Shown piece by piece: positions 34,681 through 40,212 of a stretch of DNA of 40,212 bases (position 1 is its first letter; every line of letters starts with the position of its first letter). Both the position numbers and the translations under genes were made by a program. Origin of the DNA: Octopus bimaculoides (Eukaryota); assembly GCF_001194135.2 (NCBI RefSeq), contig NC_069003.1:14545089-14585300 (forward strand), read 5' to 3'. The notes beneath the pieces were generated by a model that saw nothing but the letters and a program-made list of their open reading frames with translations, was not told the DNA's origin and did not search any database.

Positions 34681-36216
34681 AATGAAAATAGCTGTCTATG
34701 TAAGTACTTAATGTGTATACGCCTGCCTGAGGCGACTTATTAGTCATAATGGTTTTTCTCTAGTTGAAATATCTGATGTGCACACAGCATGACTACGGAT
34801 GATAGCCGTAGCTCACTAACTGAACAGGTTGACCTTGGCCGTTGAGAGTTCGTTGTCTGCTTACCCGCTCAGTGTCTGGTGACATTGATTTACTATCATT
34901 TGCCAAAATAGTTCACATCCACCCTGCTCTCTCCTATGATTTCAGGACTGCCAAATAGTGGCTAATTGGTTGTTCCACTCATCTAACTCAGGGCCCCACT
35001 ATCAGACGTAGGTTAAAGTCATATCTGGGACTTACACACGCATAGATACGTTGGTACATACAAAAGTGGGAATCACTGAAAGACATTCTCTATGCGGTGA
35101 TTGAAATAATAGCTGGGAATAATGATGTAATATGCATTATACTAAATCCACATCACTCTCTCCCTCTAATACACGGGCATGCAAGACCTAATATACCAGT
35201 GAAACTTAACACGCAGTTTAAAATGTTATTGGAGAGAGATGCTAGACACAGCAGCCAAATCTCACAAACACGAATATCTATGGCTAACATAATGATTAAA
35301 CACTGCCTTTCAGGATACCAATGGTCCGGAACCTCTTATAATCTACAATAATTTACTAAGTGGTATTGGAATACTCGCAGCGGCCAGACATTTCAAATGG
35401 ACAGCTCTGCTTCGTAGTACCTTGCTTACTACAGTAGTAATAATAAATTTGCATCATTTATAATAATTCATAGGTACCTGTATTAAATTTAATTATTTCA
35501 ATAAATTTCATATTTAAGTTGGAAGTAACCATTCCTAGTTCGAGAAAAAGCGTTTCCAGAAATATTTAGGAAACAAAGCTTCCAGAAAATCGATGGTGTA
35601 TCTGTACCACACGTCAGTTAGTATTAATCTGCTTTCGACACATGCTCAACTGATATTTTCGTCCCATAGATCGCTCGTGTGAAAAGGAGACACTGTCACT
35701 TACAGAAAACAGCGACAAATCAATAGTTTTTATATAATTTCTTTTTTACAGTTTTTATTGCAGTTTTTATTACAGTTTTTATTCCANNNNNNNNNNNNNN
35801 NNNNNNNNNNNNNNNNNNNNNNNNNNNNNNNNNNNNNNNNNNNNNNNNNNNNNNNNNNNNNNNNNNNNNNNNNNNNNNNNNNNNNNNNNNNNNNNNNNNN
35901 NNNNNNNNNNNNNNNNNNNNNNNNNNNNNNNNNNNNNNNNNNNNNNNNNNNNNNNNNNNNNNNNNNNNNNNNNNNNNNNNNNNNNNNNNNNNNNNNNNNN
36001 NNNNNNNNNNNNNNNNNNNNNNNNNNNNNNNNNNNNNNNNNNNNNNNNNNNNNNNNNNNNNNNNNNNNNNNNNNNNNNNNNNNNNNNNNNNNNNNNNNNN
36101 NNNNNNNNNNNNNNNNNNNNNNNNNNNNNNNNNNNNNNNNNNNNNNNNNNNNATTTTAAAGTGGATTAATAAAGATTAAACATATGCAGATTTTGAATTC
36201 TATTAATTTATAACTA

Positions 36217-37921
36217 TTGGGTCTTCTCATAAATAATGCGGTTTTTCACAACTGCACGAACAAAACATCGGGGGTGGGGTATGATAAACTACCTGCATCA
36301 GCTTGCTATAAAACAAGTAGTAATTTTACCTGCTCCATAATCTTAGTCAAGTTTTGAAGAGGGCAGTTCAAATGTAACAGTTATTTTTTCAAGGCTATAA
36401 TAGAAGTGACGAAGGAGCATATTCAGCATATTTTGCTTTATGAGTTCAATAAAGACAACAACGCAACGGAAAGAGCAAGGAATGTTAATGTAGTTTATGG
36501 GGACCGGACAGTAAGCATAAGCTAGTGTCAACGGTGATTCCAGAAATTCCGAGCCGGAAATTACAGCTTAGAAAACGAGCCTTGTCCTGGAAGATCTGTG
36601 GAGTTCGACGATAACGTCCTGCAAACTCTGGTGAAACAAAATACGATCGTACCTGTTGAGGAAATATCTGAGAAGCCTGGATTTGGTCATCCAACCATTC
36701 ATTGACACCTGCGTGCCATCGGATAAATCAGCAAATTGTGTCAATGAGTTCCTCACAAACTTTCCGCGTCTAATCGCTGGCAGAGAGTGAATGTGTGCTC
36801 TTCTTTGCTGTCACATTTAACGAATGAACCTTTATTTGGACCAAACAGTGACTGATGACGAGAAATGAGTTCTCTATAAAAATGTCAAGCGACGTAGACA
36901 GTGGGTAGGGAAAGGAGAAACACCGACAACCTAGGCTAAAGGAAATCTTCACCCACGTAAGGTGTTGTTATCTGTTTGGTGGGATATGAAAGGTTTTTCC
37001 ACTTATTTGGTGGGGATCACGGAGTTTCCCAGCAACGGAGTTTTGTTTCGAGGGTTTTTTTTCCTTTTCCAGGTTATTTTGTATACTTTCAACGAATGTG
37101 ACATCGAAATCACGCGTAAACGGCTCCTTTTCCCAGAGAAGGAAAGATTTGGTTGCCATTTCTAGCAAACCCTGCTACCACGTTACAGTTATTTGCAATA
37201 AAGGACCCGAAATAGCAGTTAAATTGTAGCAGGGTGTGCTATAAATAGCAGTCAAATCTTTCCTTTTCTGGGAAAGAGAGACGTTTACGTGTTATTTCGA
37301 TGTCACATTCGTTGAAAGCATGCGAAATAGCCTGGAAAAGGAAAAAAAACTCTGCGAAACGAAACTCCGTTGGTGGGAAACTCCGAGGATCCCCAACAAT
37401 CCTCCACCAAATTCTTTTCCGGAAAAAGTGGCTTGTCGAGTGGGTGAAGGTGAGATACGTTGAATGCACTCGAAAACACCTGTGGAAAAAATATTTCCGA
37501 AGTATGAACGGATCTTTTACGAAATATTTACCCAAGATCAGGATAGACATGCGATTAGAAGGGGCGATTAGACTGATAATGTAAGGGCTGAGTGTCTGGG
37601 CAGAATTGAGGGAAAGAGATAGAAGCAGGAGAGACTAGGAACCGGACACTCGGAGACCTAAGCGTCTGGCGAAACAGGAAAACAGACAAAAGCAAGCGAC
37701 GTCATGAATCGGATGCTCATGTGAATATAAACGGAATAAAACAAGTTTCATGTAAATCGGACCACGGATTCTCGAGATACGTGATTTTTTTCGAGTACCT
37801 TGAACTACTGATGACCCAACGGCTCACGGGTAATCTAGTTTTAGATTCAAAAAGAACTTTATCTTAATTTTGAAAAATAAAAGAAGTAAAGAAAAGCCAC
37901 ATTATTTATGGGATGACCCAA
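36217..37921 (+). mobile_element. mariner element with both TIRs; central part replaced by a nested insertion
   Basis: TA|TTGGGTCTTCTCATAAATAATGCG ... CACATTATTTATGGGATGACCCAA TIRs. Transposase EVTKEHI...WVPH(K)L...W-DMKG up to ~37005, resuming at 37839. Confidence 0.9.
37007..37399. repeat. Long inverted repeat (foldback), ~170-bp arms, 47-nt spacer
   Basis: 37007-37178 is an imperfect reverse complement of 37226-37399 (GGGGATC/GATCCCC, TTTCAACGAATGTGACATCGAAAT/ATTTCGATGTCACATTCGTTGAAA). Confidence 0.92.
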
Positions 37922-38044
37922 CAGTACATAAAATTATGTTGTTTACCTTCCCTTCGTTTAATTTTCATCCTATAAACATTATGCGGTATAAATGTTAGAG
38001 AATGATGTACTTTTAAGAATGTTAAATAGACTAATAACTACTGG

Positions 38045-38252
38045 GTTCAACATTTGGCACAGGTCTAGCATTTTCAGGTGGAGGGTTTAAGTCGATTGCA
38101 TCGACTCCTGTGTCCGACTGGTACTTATTTTATCGGCCTTGAAAGGATGAAAGTTGACCCTGGTAGAATTTGAACTGAGAACGTAAAGACGGACGAAATG
38201 CCGCTGAGCATTTTATCCTGCGTGCTAATGACTCTGCCAACTCGCTGCCTTA
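38045..38252 (-). mobile_element. SINE family A copy
   Basis: Reverse core (GAAAGGATGAAAG...AATTTGAACTGAGAACGTAAAGACGGACGAAATG...CTGCCTTAA). Confidence 0.85.
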
Positions 38253-39424
38253 AATGGATTAAAAAATATCAGACAGATCCTGTTTAAGAAGTGCTTTAAT
38301 TGGGATTTGTTAAATGCAAATTAGTTCTTTACTTTACATAGTTTATTTTATATTTTAAGTATATATATATAAGTCGTCTTCAGAAAACTGGAAAATGCAG
38401 AAAACTGTACAACTTCCAGTCGTACGCATGCCGGATATTTGTTCCAGTACTGTATATGTTCAACTTATTCCATTTTCTTACAGACACAGCCAACCTATTT
38501 CCTTTTCTATATATGCTCAATCATTTCCGTTGACCAGTTTCGATTGATTTCTCTTTACTATATAAATTCATATCTTCAACAAATCTCTTAGATCTATTAC
38601 TAATTCTATCCAATTCTCACTTCTATTTTGGTCGATCATTCCCTTTCATTCAGATCTTAAACACCAAATTATATTTTTTTCATTTGCCTCAATGTTACCA
38701 AATGAAAATGACTGTCGCAGTGGATGGTTTCATTTCTATGCCATGTATAAATTCCACATCATATAGAAACCATTGCCAATTCCTCTCTTGCAAAGAATCT
38801 TGAAAGGTTTTCCCTCCGTTGGTATCATAATACTTTCTTTCCTTACGGGTAACACAATGAATATTTCAACGCATTAAATTGCCATCTACTTTCTGGAAAG
38901 GAGTGTATTCAAAAACTCTACTTGGATACATTTGCTCCAAGACAGCCCTAACTTCAAGAAGTTAAGTTTCTCCAATCTAGAGTGGTTTCAGTAATTTCAC
39001 CGTCTTTGCAGCCGGTTTTGCAATCACGTTTGCTGCCAACAGTATCATGAACCTCAGCTGCGAAGAATGGCCAAACTATCATACACATGTTTCATACAAA
39101 CAAGTTAAGCTTCAATTTCTGCGCAGGGATAAAATAATATTTAACTTTATTCACTTACACATGGCCTCACCTACGTCCAGACAGCACACTTGCAAATCAA
39201 TTAATGTCTTTATATCGTAAACAACATGCAGTGTTTATTCAACATACTTCAAACACAACGTCAATGTTGAAAACGCTATCTTTAAGGTAGCAGAAAGAAG
39301 ATCAGCGTTTATTTCAAATTCAGAATATATGTTCGCAATAAGTAAAAATACAAAAATATGGCATTTCAAAGTTGCTGCTTTGTATTTGAATACGCTTATT
39401 TCTCTCATGCCGTTTCTAAGTTCG

Positions 39425-39616
39425 TACACACACACACATACACACACACACACATACACACACACACACACACACACATGTATACATACTAGCATATCGA
39501 TATATATGCATAAAATATGATATAATTCTATATACATATTTTATACTTCTATGATATACTTCTATGTACACACAAGCATATATACACACGCACACACACA
39601 CACATACACACACACA

Positions 39617-39677
<61 letters not shown>

Positions 39678-39715
39678 GTATATATATACTCTCATATATA
39701 TATGTATATATATAA
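39425..39715. repeat. (CA)n/(TA)n microsatellites
   Basis: Direct runs. Confidence 0.9.
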
Positions 39716-40175
39716 TTATGACGGTGAATAGGAATAAGGACCTGCACTCTTCCGAGATGAGAGATAAAAAATCCCTAAAAAGTAAAACATTATTTATGAG
39801 AAACTTTCTTCTTTAGGTGTAATCTCGTAGATTTCAAACATAGAATATTTTATTGCAAATTCTGTGCCGAGTTCAAAAAAGACAGTAACAATCACGACAC
39901 AGTGACGGCAGGTTGCTTACTCAAAACCGGAAGTGAATGTGAGCCCCATGACATTTCTAAATGTTCCAAGTGTTTCTTTCATTGAATCATATTTTCTGAT
40001 GATCCATACATATTCCAAAATCCATGAAAATATGTAGAAAAGAAAATTTTAGAATTAAAAGTGATATTTTGTGAATGCGATCATGGTGAGAGGATATTTA
40101 TTCAGAAACATTTTCTAATATCACATATATACATACATACACACATATATATATATACTCATATATATACATAGT

Positions 40176-40212
<37 letters not shown>

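Noticed and set aside
34930-35015. Candidate 62-nt exon (ATTTCAG...AC|GTAGGT)
   Set aside because: The donor is weak, the peptide is unrecognised and there are no supporting neighbouring exons.
37808-37834. CTGATGA followed by a CCC/GGG stem
   Set aside because: It is followed by TAAT rather than GAAA, and is better explained as a Helitron-like terminal hairpin.
38400-39100. Purine-skewed minus strand suggesting a decayed transposase
   Set aside because: Many stops and no diagnostic motif I can name.

Overview
AT-rich, microsatellite-saturated eukaryotic DNA with about a dozen N gaps, most flanked by (TA)n. I recognise no host protein-coding gene. The repeat content suggests a cephalopod, probably Octopus (inference, not verified). 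Most of the explainable sequence is mobile-element debris. (1) Two Penelope-like elements (PLEs) of Naiad type lie on the minus strand. One keeps a 331-aa RT ORF, a GIY-YIG endonuclease and unusually long Asn/Thr-rich linkers. Each PLE has a minimal type I hammerhead-ribozyme motif downstream. (2) Five 3' fragments of R4/Dong-type non-LTR retrotransposons (CCHC plus restriction-like endonuclease) sit in TAA arrays, together with a ~555-bp non-coding element ('X') that shares its 5' end with one of them. (3) There are three tRNA-derived SINE families. One SINE-A copy is a tandem multimer bounded by a perfect 20-bp TSD. (4) There is a BovB-like RTE fragment, three mariner remnants and a Tigger-type MITE. 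One mariner holds a ~390-bp foldback hairpin and a Helitron-like 3' end. The best leads are the PLE-hammerhead pairs and a strand-polarity rule in the TAA islands: Dong/X lie in the AAT sense and SINE-A in the ATT sense.
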